Assembly (NCBI GenBank): GCA_904063045.1
Contig: CAJFCJ010000002.1
Coordinates: 682,001-746,000 of the forward strand
DNA from: Dimorphilus gyrociliatus
Lineage: Eukaryota; Animalia; Annelida
Direction of reading: 5' to 3'
DNA: 64,000 nt
Of this stretch, positions 44,463 through 55,221 are shown piece after piece (within the stretch, counting starts at the first letter, position 1; each line of letters starts with the position of its first letter). The position numbers were made by a program, and so were the translations under genes. The notes beneath the pieces are model-generated. The model was not told where the DNA came from. It was given only the letters and a program-made list of their open reading frames with translations, and did not search any database.

Positions 44463-46443
44463 TAAATCATATGCTAGTATGTGAGTTAAAATGTTAAATT
44501 TGATTTTTTTACCATCTGAAAATCTTTTATAATCTTGTTTCTATTGCATAGATTTTCTAAAGACAGAAATGTGTGAACTTATGTTTCCAACTAAGTCACT
44601 TTGTCATGTGTGCAACATTTAGCACGAACGCTTTATCGGTAGTCTTTACCATTATTCAAACAAATGTATAAATTTTTGCTGTATGTTTCGATCTAGTTAC
44701 TTTTATTAATATTTGATGTTTGTATTATTTAAGAAGTTTGAAGCAAAATAACGGGATTGATACGAAGAATGGTTGTTATATTACAAAATAATCAAATACA
44801 TATAGAAAATATACAAATAACGTTAGGAGTATTTATTTCAACTGCATAATAATTTCATTGACTGACAACAAAACGTCGTTCTCATAGTTTTATTATGCTT
44901 TGATGATCGTTTAATTTACTATTCATTCTCCGAATAAACAGATCGACTGTGGTCATTGATGACAATTATTTATTTAAAGATGAAAGGTATCTATAAATGA
45001 CATAATTTTAATAAATACTAAATTATCTAAGCTAGAAGTATAAAGACTTTTAATTACATTAATGAAACATGATTTAAAATCTTTAGACTTAGAGTTAGAA
45101 TGCTTTTCCGTGGAAAACTACCTCATTTTCGGAAAAAGTCGTAGCGTTGTCCAACATAATAGGCATACTCTTTGGCCTCTGGCGCTTCTTTTGAAGTACG
45201 TATTCACATCCTTATTCACGTCTTCAGAATAGAGTAAGCACCAGTCCTCCACAATTTTTTTTACATATTTTTGTAGATGATTTTTCACATAAAATATTTA
45301 ACTACCTTGTAGCTATAAATGCCTTAGTGGTAACTAAAAATAATGATAATAATTAGGACGAAGAATAATTCTTAAATAGAATGATCTTTATGAAAATAAA
45401 GGAAATATTACAAATTCTAAAATTAAATTGTTAAATACAATTTTTTCAGAATAGAAATTTTCAAGAATTTTCATCATATATTGTTAATCGCTTTGGGAAA
45501 AACATCAGCAAAACAAACGTTTCGAGAATAATTTGTTAATGATTTATCTCCAACAATAAAAAGCAAATTGGAAAACTAGCGAGCTGCATTATCATAATTT
45601 AGTCAGTGAATCTTCTTCATAAATTTTTTATTAGCCCCAAAGGAAAATAGCAAATTAGCTCTGGAGTAAAATGGACAAAAATCTTAGAATCATGACTGAT
45701 AATGAGTTTTGTAAACGCCAAAATAGATTATAGGTGGCAAACTTTAGTAATGACATCTATATTCTAAACTCTATTTCATAATGTCAAAAAACATTCAAGT
45801 TGGAAAAAAAATTAAGATATTTAATAATTATCAGATAGTAAGGATTATAGCTTAACAATTAAGAATTAAATACGTCTTAACGTTGCAGTAGAAGATAATT
45901 TATGTTATTTAAACAGACCAAATTCACTCGGACCTCATTAAAAAAATTTAATAATCAAAATCATTCAATTACAAGCCCATTTCGTTCTCATTAGCTTTGT
46001 TAGCAGGTCGACTTTGATAGTTGTTTCAGGAAAAGGGATGTCGAGCTTGGGAGAACATTAATATATTTTACAATTTCAGTATGGTACTGCACTTTTTAAG
46101 TGCGAGAAAAAAGGCGCACCCAAATCAAATATACATTGAGTATAATAGCTCTCACCTATGATTTAATATTTTGATCAGATGTTCTTTATCAATAAAATGA
46201 AATGTCTGTGTTTTTGCTTATGATAAGATATATTCTTCATTTAGAACTTTTCTGTAATATATTATATAGCGCAAATACTGTGGCAACACAAAAATATTCA
46301 GAAAAACGATCAGCTTGGAAAAAATGCTTCATATATTTAGCTTATTAAAAAAAACACCTTTAGCAAACTCTCTGCTTTCCTATATGGCATATGACATTTT
46401 ATTAGAAGCTGCGTCACCTAGCTTTTACTCATAGGATTAGTTT

Positions 46444-48029
46444 ATGCACAATACATCTACACCTTGCAATCGTCTAAGGCAGATGCACAGAATCAGGTAA
46501 ATACTTTCTGCATGCTTATATTACATATTTACCCCAATTTATAATTTTTAATCAACGTATAAATCTAAAACAAATCCTAAAAATCAAACAAAACTCGTTT
46601 CTTGCTTGAGCTTTACTTATTTGTGTATGATGCTCTATGGATAGGCTTTTCAAGTTGTAAAAATCATACTAAGCTATTAAGCTTTTCCAATTAATATTTG
46701 TAGGTTATACAGTATATCAATACATTATAATATTTAGCATTTCTCAAAGAGAATCAAAATTGCCTATATGCTGTCAGATGTACATTAGTGCATACAGCCA
46801 AGTTATATATAACGAAGATGACGTAATCGGTGTCGATATTAATTTTCTGAGGAAAGCAAAAAGCTTCAATTAAAAACATTTTTTCTTGAACCGAAATGTA
46901 CAAGTTTTGACTTAAAAATTGCTTTGAAAATACTTATATTGTTCATTCTCAAAATTTAATAAGAGTATTAATTAGTTATTTATCAAATGTAAGTAAAATA
47001 TCATTGCTAGGAGTATCACCAAAGAACAGTTGTACAATTAAGTGCAACAGATTTACAATACGCAATTTTACTTTGACATGAAGAAAGTTTACAAGCTGTA
47101 AACTATTGTGAATTTCACGATATGAGACATGAACACAAATTTTTAAAAATTTGATTTTGTAGGAATCGGTTCTTAGGTATATGTAATGTTTTGTGCTATT
47201 TGTCTTTTTTACTTAAGAGTAGAAGTTTCAGGCTCATTCAATTCATATGGCTTCCACGTTTCGTTTACTTAATTAAATAAATCATTCTCAGGTAGAAAAT
47301 TATACACTATGCTTTCATCAATTTATGGGGGTACATTTCTATTTCAGTCACGATTTTCGTGGGTTACAGTCCTCGATGCTCAAATTTAGGATAGAAGCGT
47401 CTGGAAATTCTTCATTCGTCGCAAAATTTGTCAACAACAATAAGGATCCTAGAGATGATAACTTAGGAGCTCTTTATTATGTAGTTGTTGTGATACTGAT
47501 ATATGCGTGTTCTATAGTTATGATGATTGCCTCTCATATTCGCAAAAATAAGATGGATAGGAGATTGAATGCTTATTTGAAAGAGATGGCATATGTAAGA
47601 AAAAAAGAGAGACAAATGCAGCTTGTAAGGCCATATATATATATTTGTATAAACTCTTTATTTATTATAATATATTAAATTCAGCTTAATGCTACTGCGA
47701 AATTTGCTGCGTGTCGAGGAACTGATGAAAAGATCATAGATGATGCGAAAGCGTTTGTCAGCATTCAATGCTCTGAATTAAGTGAAGAATCAAAAACAGA
47801 TGAAGCGTCATGTGACCATCATGGTTGTTCTACAGAAAAAATGTATACTTTTGTTACCTTTGATAAGACAAGTCGACTCACTCCAGAAATTTGTTGCAAA
47901 TCTCCTATGAGAAAGCACGGAGATGAATTTAAAAATTTCATAGATTCTGACTCGAGTAGTGTAGTCATAGATTTTAATAGCAAAAATTCAGACACGGAAG
48001 TAGAAGGTTCTGATCATTCTCACTCTTAG
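46444..48029 (+). CDS. KCNE/MinK-like single-pass membrane protein A, ~224 aa; exons 46444-46496, 47348-47624, 47685-48029
   Basis: No signal peptide; N-glycosylation sequons NTS and NSS; segment RDDNLGALYYVVVVILIYACSIVMMIASHIRKNKMDRRLNAYLKE; acidic Ser-rich tail. Exon phases are consistent. Confidence 0.78.
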
Positions 48030-48266
48030 GAATAAAGATAGCGCTTTATATGAAAAGTTAATGGGCTTTACTCGTATGTGTGTATTTGAGAGAATTCCTC
48101 TTATCAAATTTAAGACTGAGAAATATAATCAGTTATCTTTATAACAGAATGATTTAATAAATTTATCAACAATAAAATTGCACTATTTCTTATTGCGACA
48201 ATATCTTTTTAGAAACTTTTTATACACTAAGACATGCGTTCAAACGAATATTTTACTCTTTATAAT

Positions 48267-49091
48267 TTAATTTAGCACATTCTCGCAACAGTTCTCATCC
48301 TCTAGGTTAATTATATTAGGTTGACTTGAACTTTGTTCGATTAGGTGTTTCGTTTTAGAATATTTTTGTCCAGTTTTTTCTGAGATAAACTTTACATTGT
48401 CATTTTCAAAATTTTCTTCTTTCGTTATTTTCATTGATTTAATATGTAGAGAATGAAACGGAATTTTCTTATTTTGAATAAATAGTCGAGTTTTAAATTT
48501 CTCCTGCCTTCTTTCTAATCTTCTGACTTTGTCCAAATCTGACATATACTTATAGATAGACTTGTCATGCTTTCCCTTATTTATAACGGATCCTATCATC
48601 AAAATAATACCAAAACCATAAATGACAATAACAATGCAGACATAATATAAGGCGCCAACAGAATCTTCGTTCCTCCTATAGATACTATTTGTTGAGTTAG
48701 TATCAGTTTGAAAAGACGCCAAAAATGTTTCGTTCCCAATGCTTCGAAAGTTTAGTTCAAAATTGTGTCCTCTGTCTATTCCTCTCAAGCCCGTCTAGCA
48801 AAAGAAAAAGCCATACTATGGTAGAGAATAAGATTACAAACTGATCTATATTGCTAAACTAAAGTCAGGCACTTAGAGACAAAAAAGACAGATCTTTCAA
48901 AATTTCTCTTAAATATGGTGAATAAATCGGTACAAAATAAGTATTATCCTACTCAGTCTCTGTTGTGTACGACACTTTCAAAATTATATCTTACAAATTA
49001 AAAAATTGTTAGAGAATTCATTTGTTTTTGATTGATTTTTGCATCATACCTGAATCAATATCTTTTGTAGCTTGTGGCTCCGCCTTCCCAT
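48267..49091 (-). CDS. KCNE/MinK-like single-pass membrane protein B, ~189 aa; exons 49091-49050, 48794-48267
   Basis: MGRRSHKLQKILIQ|TGLRG...GNETF...NST...DSVGALYYVCIVIVIYGFGIILMIGSVINKGKHDKSIYKYM. It is a clear paralogue of protein A. Confidence 0.8.
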
Positions 49092-50676
49092 TTTCTCCAG
49101 ATTCTCTAAAACAACACCAGATATTCGTCTAATAGAATCTTAGAGTTTAAATCAACTAGCTGCGAAGCATAAATAATTCTGCTCAAGATAAATAGTACTA
49201 AGCAACTAGGAGGCGTTCGAATAGCCTTTACACTAAAATATTATAATGACGGCCTTATTAGTTTTTATCAATTATCATATCGTCGTGTTATTCGACCAAT
49301 CACAAATTTTAATATAATGTTAATAAAAAGGTCTTAATCATTACATTATGAAATTTAATATTAAAATAGCGATGGAATTATATAAATGTTGAATATTCAT
49401 TCATTTTCAGATATTATGTGATTAATATTAGCGCTTTATCACTTGCTTCAATACAAGTATAAAGAATATTTACCCAGAATAGAATGCGTTGGGATTTTAA
49501 ATGAGTATACTTTCGACATAACTCCGAAACCTGAAAAGGTTTTTAAAATTTACCTAATCTCTTATAGTTTCTTTTAAGGAAAAGAGGGGATAAAACATAG
49601 AACGCAGAAAGCCATGAAAGTGCATCGAGGTAATGGTATGCTGAATCTTAAATTGTGGAGTGCTGTTACTCATTTGGATGTATAATATATAATCGGTAAC
49701 TGCTTCTACTAAGGATTGCTTTTTAGAAGAGATTTTTATATGCTTTTTAGTTTTTATAATATTTTTTAAGGTCAAAAATTTTTATAGATGTTCAGTCTAA
49801 ATTTGAAAGCTACAGTTTAAACATTCGCTAAAGTAAGAATTTTAAATTCTATATAAATTATCAATTCTTAGAAAGAAAGAGAATTGCTTACATGAATTAT
49901 CTGTAAAGAAAGATCAAATGTGCCCGCTTACAGCGTGAGTCTATGCACGGGCAAAGATATTACAATAAAAATTCATGTCAATATTTCTTCTGATATCTCT
50001 ATAGCTTCAAAATAATTGGCCTTGTTTTTAACAATAAAAATAAAATTCTTTGTCGTTAAATTTATATAAGCTAAAACCAATACTTTAAATGATACTCTTG
50101 TGTAGAAAACTATGAAGCTTATAAAATCAGATAACTCTTCCTTAGATATTATATTTTTCATATAAATTTAGTTTTTTTAGATGTAATTGGCAATCGAATC
50201 CTAAATACTAAAAGACCCTAATATAAATAATAATCTGTAAGAAAAATTTAAAAAACAGTAAATATAATATTATATCCTTCAATAGTCACTATTTATCTGT
50301 ATAAGAAACTTTGAAGTAACATTTCGAAATTTAATGAGAATCTGATCATAAGTGCACTTATCTGAAAATAAGTTGACCATAATTGTATTTAAGAAAGTAG
50401 TTATTAAAGTAAGCAATATATCAATAGTAGGTCAAGTTTTGAAACATGCTTAGTTGAATCGCAAAAAGGTGAATATGAAACTTCGAAGAGTGGAATTGCT
50501 CGCTTTGACTGATAAAAATGTTCTCTTAACCATTTATATATGAATAGCAGTTTATGAACCAGTAGCACACAATCACCGTATTATGTACGAATAATAGTGT
50601 AAATCCTATCAGTTAAATAGACAGAAATAAGCCACTGTTTAGGCCAATCAAGTTCAATACACTGGATTATACTGAA

Positions 50677-50690
50677 ACTCTCATAGCAAC
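50677..50690 (+). promoter_or_regulatory. RFX X-box-like element upstream of the ankyrin gene
   Basis: ACTCTCATAGCAAC contains the CATAGCAAC half-site about 150 nt before the ATG, with CCAAT at 50644. Motif match only. Confidence 0.3.
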
Positions 50691-50838
50691 GTCTTGTTCT
50701 TACTTCTTTGCTTTATTCATAAGTGCGGATACGAATTGTCTTATGTGAATTCGATTTCATATACATCTTTTTCTAATATTCACTTAAAATTATGTCATCA
50801 TTTCTAGAGTGAGATCACCTTATGAAGATTATACCAAT

Positions 50839-52167
50839 ATGGAAACATCAGTTAATCGCGCCATCAAAAAAGGATTGTTCAAGCAAGTGCGATATCTTAT
50901 TGAATTTGGTGTGAACGTTAACGAAAGGGATGAAAGCGGACGAACTCCTCTCATAAATCTAGCATTTGTGGCAGATAACTCTTGGGCAGTTGGATTAGCT
51001 CGTAATTTACTAGAAAAAAATGCTTCAATTAGAATGGCTGACGTTCGTGGAATGAACGCTTTTCATTACGCTTGCTTATTTAAAAAATTATGTCTTATTG
51101 AGATTTATTTAAAAGCTCAAGACTTTGATGTTAATCAGGCTGATAAGCAAGGAAATACAGCCTTACACTATGCTGCTTGTATTGGTGACAGGTCCTTGTT
51201 AATGATTCTTGTCAATAACATGAACAAATACAGCTTAAACATGAACAGACCAAACTTAGAGGGCTGTACCCCCGTTAGCCAAGCATTAAAGTATGAAAAT
51301 TTTGAGAGCGCAAATTTTCTGCTAGAGAGAGGTGCCAGTGAATCAGTCATTGAAAGCAAAGACAAATCAGTGCCAGAATGGAAGAAAGTCTATGTAGATT
51401 CAAGGTCAGTTGATAGGTCTTCAGTCGTAAAAGAAAATTATAAAAAAAGGGAGATGGAGAACGTCCATAAGAATAACATTAAATCTGCACGACAAGATCA
51501 TTATTCTTCAAGGCGAATTAAATCAGCACCTGGTACAAGAAGAAATGATACTGTTGAACAGGAAGCTATAAGTGCATTAGAATATTTGAAAGACAAGCGG
51601 ATAGAAAATGCCGGTTCTTCTGCTCTAAGAAATAACCCCTACAAAGTGTTCGAATTGACAGGCATTAAGGGCGACCAAGATCTACCGTTCAAACTTCAAC
51701 CTCATCGAATTCAATCGGCTAGAACTTCAATATCAAGTTCTTGGCGCTCAAATTATAGAAAATTATTGACTGGTTTCGATTATCAATTTAGTAGGTCTTA
51801 TGTAGCTTTTGTGAAATATCCCGAAGAAGATTGGAATTTGGATGAAGAAGGTATTAGAAATTTTGCCTCACGCAGACCATCCGCTACACCAAACCAGATT
51901 TTGGCGGAACCTGTAATACGCAAAAAAGGCAAAGACTTAAGAAGAAAAAGTGTAGTTTTAAAAGTAGAAGCAATTACTTCCTTCCAAGAAAAGATTGATC
52001 GAAACAACGAAAAAAGAAAAAGTATAAAAAATTCTAAGGAAGACTCTTCTGAAACAAGTTCCGATAAAAGAAATTCCGCTGGAAAAAGTAAAAATGTTGA
52101 AGCAAGCCCTAGAGCGAGAAAAGTTTCCATGGAATCTAATGAAAAACTAAACCCAATAGCGGAATGA
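50839..52167 (+). CDS. Ankyrin-repeat protein (ANKRD63/ANKRD34-like) with a basic, disordered C-terminus
   Basis: Ankyrin consensus repeats VNERDESGRTPL, GMNAFHYAC, DKQGNTALHYAA and NLEGCTPVSQA. First ATG is at 50839; an upstream exon is possible. Confidence 0.9.
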   Translation: METSVNRAIKKGLFKQVRYLIEFGVNVNERDESGRTPLINLAFVADNSWAVGLARNLLEKNASIRMADVRGMNAFHYACLFKKLCLIEIYLKAQDFDVNQADKQGNTALHYAACIGDRSLLMILVNNMNKYSLNMNRPNLEGCTPVSQALKYENFESANFLLERGASESVIESKDKSVPEWKKVYVDSRSVDRSSVVKENYKKREMENVHKNNIKSARQDHYSSRRIKSAPGTRRNDTVEQEAISALEYLKDKRIENAGSSALRNNPYKVFELTGIKGDQDLPFKLQPHRIQSARTSISSSWRSNYRKLLTGFDYQFSRSYVAFVKYPEEDWNLDEEGIRNFASRRPSATPNQILAEPVIRKKGKDLRRKSVVLKVEAITSFQEKIDRNNEKRKSIKNSKEDSSETSSDKRNSAGKSKNVEASPRARKVSMESNEKLNPIAE

Positions 52168-52572
52168 GCCTAAGCAGCATTGAGGCTGTAAATCAATATC
52201 TTGAAGTGTAAATACAAAATGATTAAGTATTAGTACCATTTTTTAATTTTGATAAAAAAGGCAAGGTATATCTAATATTCTATGCCGACTACCTCATTTC
52301 TATTAAATCAAATAAATGTCTATTGTTTATGGTGATCATCGTAATTTTGATAAATGTGATATATTTAGAAAAATTTTTATAATGAAATATTATTGTGCAT
52401 GTAAATTTTCTGTTGTGTATATTCTACTTTTCTCGGAAAACATCAGTGCAAAGGTCTAAGAAAAGGAAAGTATAAGATAAGCATTAGGAAAAATAATGTT
52501 TATCTTGTTGAAGTCGATAGATGGCAGTGTGAGAAGTACAGGTACTAGGAAAGCAAGAGAAGGCGAAATCTT

Positions 52573-53348
52573 TTACTTATATTTATCTAATAGCTCTTTC
52601 AATCTGTCTTTATTAGCTCCAGATATTTCATCAATCTGATAAAAATTTAATTTTAGATATACGCAAATAATTACAAATATTGTAAAAGCACCTTTTCGCC
52701 ATTTTTGAAAAACATAAACGTGGGCATGCACTGGATTCCAAATTCCTCTGCCAACTCCTGAGAATTAAAAATTTTTGTAATATTCCATATAAAGGTGCTG
52801 TGATCAACTTACTCCAACTTCATCGACATCTACTTTGACAAATTTAATGGATTCATATTCAGCTTCCTTAGCCCAATTCTAATTAGATTTGTATACCATA
52901 GCTACATGATTAAATATTCCTGAAAGATATACTCACATCAAAATGAGGGCCTATCATTCGACAGGGACCACACCAAGAAGCCCAAAAATCGATTACTATT
53001 ACTTGATCTTTTACGTCATTAATTAATGATCGAACTCCCTCCTATTATGAAAACAACTTTAGTTACATTGATCGCCTGCCTGACGGATTACGAATTGTTC
53101 TAATAATTCCAAATAATAACTAGAAGAGAATTCAGTTGCTATGGTATTTCTCTGAATAACGTCATACACAGCATATTAATCTTCTTTTCAGGTAGATATA
53201 AGCATAAAAAACTACTGATAAGCCTACACAAATTCCATTAATGTTGTTTTTAAAAATTCTTTATTTTTATAAAATACTTCAGTTTGAAATAAACATATCT
53301 TTTTCATGAAATAATACAAACCTCTGTATCAATCTCTGTTACAGGCAT
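52573..53348 (-). CDS. TXN: Thioredoxin, 108 aa; exons 53348-53322, 53041-52937, 52878-52813, 52757-52692, 52635-52573
   Basis: MPVTEIDTE|EGVRSLIND...[19 protein letters not shown]|...[10 protein letters not shown]|[22 protein letters not shown]|[25 protein letters not shown] active site; all introns phase 0. Missed by the ORF track. Confidence 0.96.
53135..53148. promoter_or_regulatory. X-box-like motif in thioredoxin intron 1
   Basis: GTTGCTATGGTATT matches the first 10 bases of the RFX consensus GTTGCYATGGNAAC. Motif only. Confidence 0.25.
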
Positions 53349-53534
53349 GTTTTTTTTACAAGCAGGTAAATGAAACGTTCGTAGAATGACGCCACAAAGA
53401 CGACTAACGCTACCCAAGTAATCAATATCCATCAGTCTGATATCTCGGTCATTAATATGTCTTTGATAAATAAAAGAAATCCCGTGAACTGATGTTTTGT
53501 GTATTCATTAATCTATTAATAAATAGATACATAG

Positions 53535-54542
53535 CTAAAAACCTCCCTTAATTGGATTGCCTTTACACAGAATGCCTGGATCCATACTCGATGTCGGATC
53601 CTGAGTGACTTTTGAGGAAAAAGGCACTCCTTCAGTTTTCTGTTGCGGACATAGCAATTTTCTCAAAGACTTTTTTATCGCATTTGAATAGAAAGTAAAT
53701 ATGAAGACGTTAACTCCAAAAGACAAGTGCGAAACAGCTACTGTATACTTTATACTATTTTTGTCATTAATTGCGTGAGAGACAAAAATTAATGAGACTG
53801 TGTAGGGTACAGTGAACAAAAAATGTAGGAATAGAGTCAATATAACAGTAATAAATAAATTTCTTTCTTTCTGTAATCTTGGGAGCTCAAAAGTATTGCC
53901 AACATCAACTAGAATTTTTTCCTGTCGCTTAGCCATACGATTAGTAAAGAAGATAATATAAGCATTGACTAATATCCAAACAAGATAAATATAACACAAA
54001 ACTTGAAGAAATATATTGTTAGGGTCATCAATTTTGTTACAAATATTTGATATTGGTGTCATAAGAAATGTGAAGTATATTGAGGTTGGGATAAGCCATG
54101 TCGAAGGCATAATTATGTATTTCCACCTTTGAATACTGCACCATTTTTCGTGTTGTAGACTATATGCAAAAATGATAAGTCGATCAGAAGCCAAGGCTGT
54201 CAGGTGAGACAAACTCAACATATTAGTATAAAACATGCTTGTCATATTAATTGTGCAAAATTTTTCGTTATTTTCTAGTATTTCAAATGCATAAGGGGTT
54301 CTTAAGCAAGGTATTGTAATAGAAGCTAGAATATGTAAAACTGATAAGCTGATGATGCAACAGTATGTTCCATATTTAGTCTTTCCCGCCTTAATCACAG
54401 ACGTAATCATTAGAATATTAGCCACAATCATCCATATTGAACAGGCAAACATAAAGACAGTCGAAGCTTGTGAAAAGTGTTTGGTAATATCCTCCATTAA
54501 ATTCTTCTCTCTCAGGGTATTTGAGCAGTTGCAGGATTTCAT
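53535..54542 (-). CDS. Intronless divergent class A GPCR (orphan)
   Basis: Seven hydrophobic segments; TM1 AN; TM3 Cys (KFC) and ALASDRL (DRY variant); TM4 TWLIP; TM6 FTVPY. Confidence 0.85.
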   Translation of the reverse strand: MKSCNCSNTLREKNLMEDITKHFSQASTVFMFACSIWMIVANILMITSVIKAGKTKYGTYCCIISLSVLHILASITIPCLRTPYAFEILENNEKFCTINMTSMFYTNMLSLSHLTALASDRLIIFAYSLQHEKWCSIQRWKYIIMPSTWLIPTSIYFTFLMTPISNICNKIDDPNNIFLQVLCYIYLVWILVNAYIIFFTNRMAKRQEKILVDVGNTFELPRLQKERNLFITVILTLFLHFLFTVPYTVSLIFVSHAINDKNSIKYTVAVSHLSFGVNVFIFTFYSNAIKKSLRKLLCPQQKTEGVPFSSKVTQDPTSSMDPGILCKGNPIKGGF

Positions 54543-55221
54543 CTGACCAAATATCGTCTAGCAGATACAGATACGTTAAACACAAATATTTCTGCCGAGA
54601 TTCAATGAATTATCCTCCAAAAATTTAATAAATGAGCAAAATTGCAATAATATACGAATGATACAAACCTTTTTCATCGAAAAAACTGATGCGGCTATTA
54701 GTAAGTTAAATAATACCGACAAAAACGCCTTCTGTTATCAAGTTAATATTGTTGATAATTTCACCATTATTTCTCATTAATGTCCCTTTTTGGTATTAAA
54801 GTACTACTATAACTTTTATCAAGAAAAGTTATTGAACAAAGTGAGAGAGGGGCAGAGGGAGAGAGAAAGAAAGAGAGCTATTTTGTAGCTACGTGCACAT
54901 TTACACGAAGCACAAATCGATGAGAGCAACACTAGCTTTTTTCACGGATGAAGCAGGTATAGCATGACACAAAACAGCGCTCTCTTTATCTAAATTATTT
55001 TTTTTTATAAATAATGCATTCTTTGCTAATCTCACCATATAAGTATATTTCATTAATATATCACTTATTAATCAGATCAGAAGGTATCCAACTGCATATA
55101 AATACAAGTATAGAAGGATTTTTCTTTGTATTCTATCTCTTGAAATTTATACGTGCAATTATAATAAATATAATATACATGTGGGAATATTGACTGCTAA
55201 AAGTGCAACAAGCGGTCCTGT

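Noticed and set aside
49921-49962. TGCCCG...CGGGCA inverted repeat as a structured ncRNA
   Set aside because: The stem is only 6 bp. The internal GTGAGT fits a 5' UTR exon donor better.
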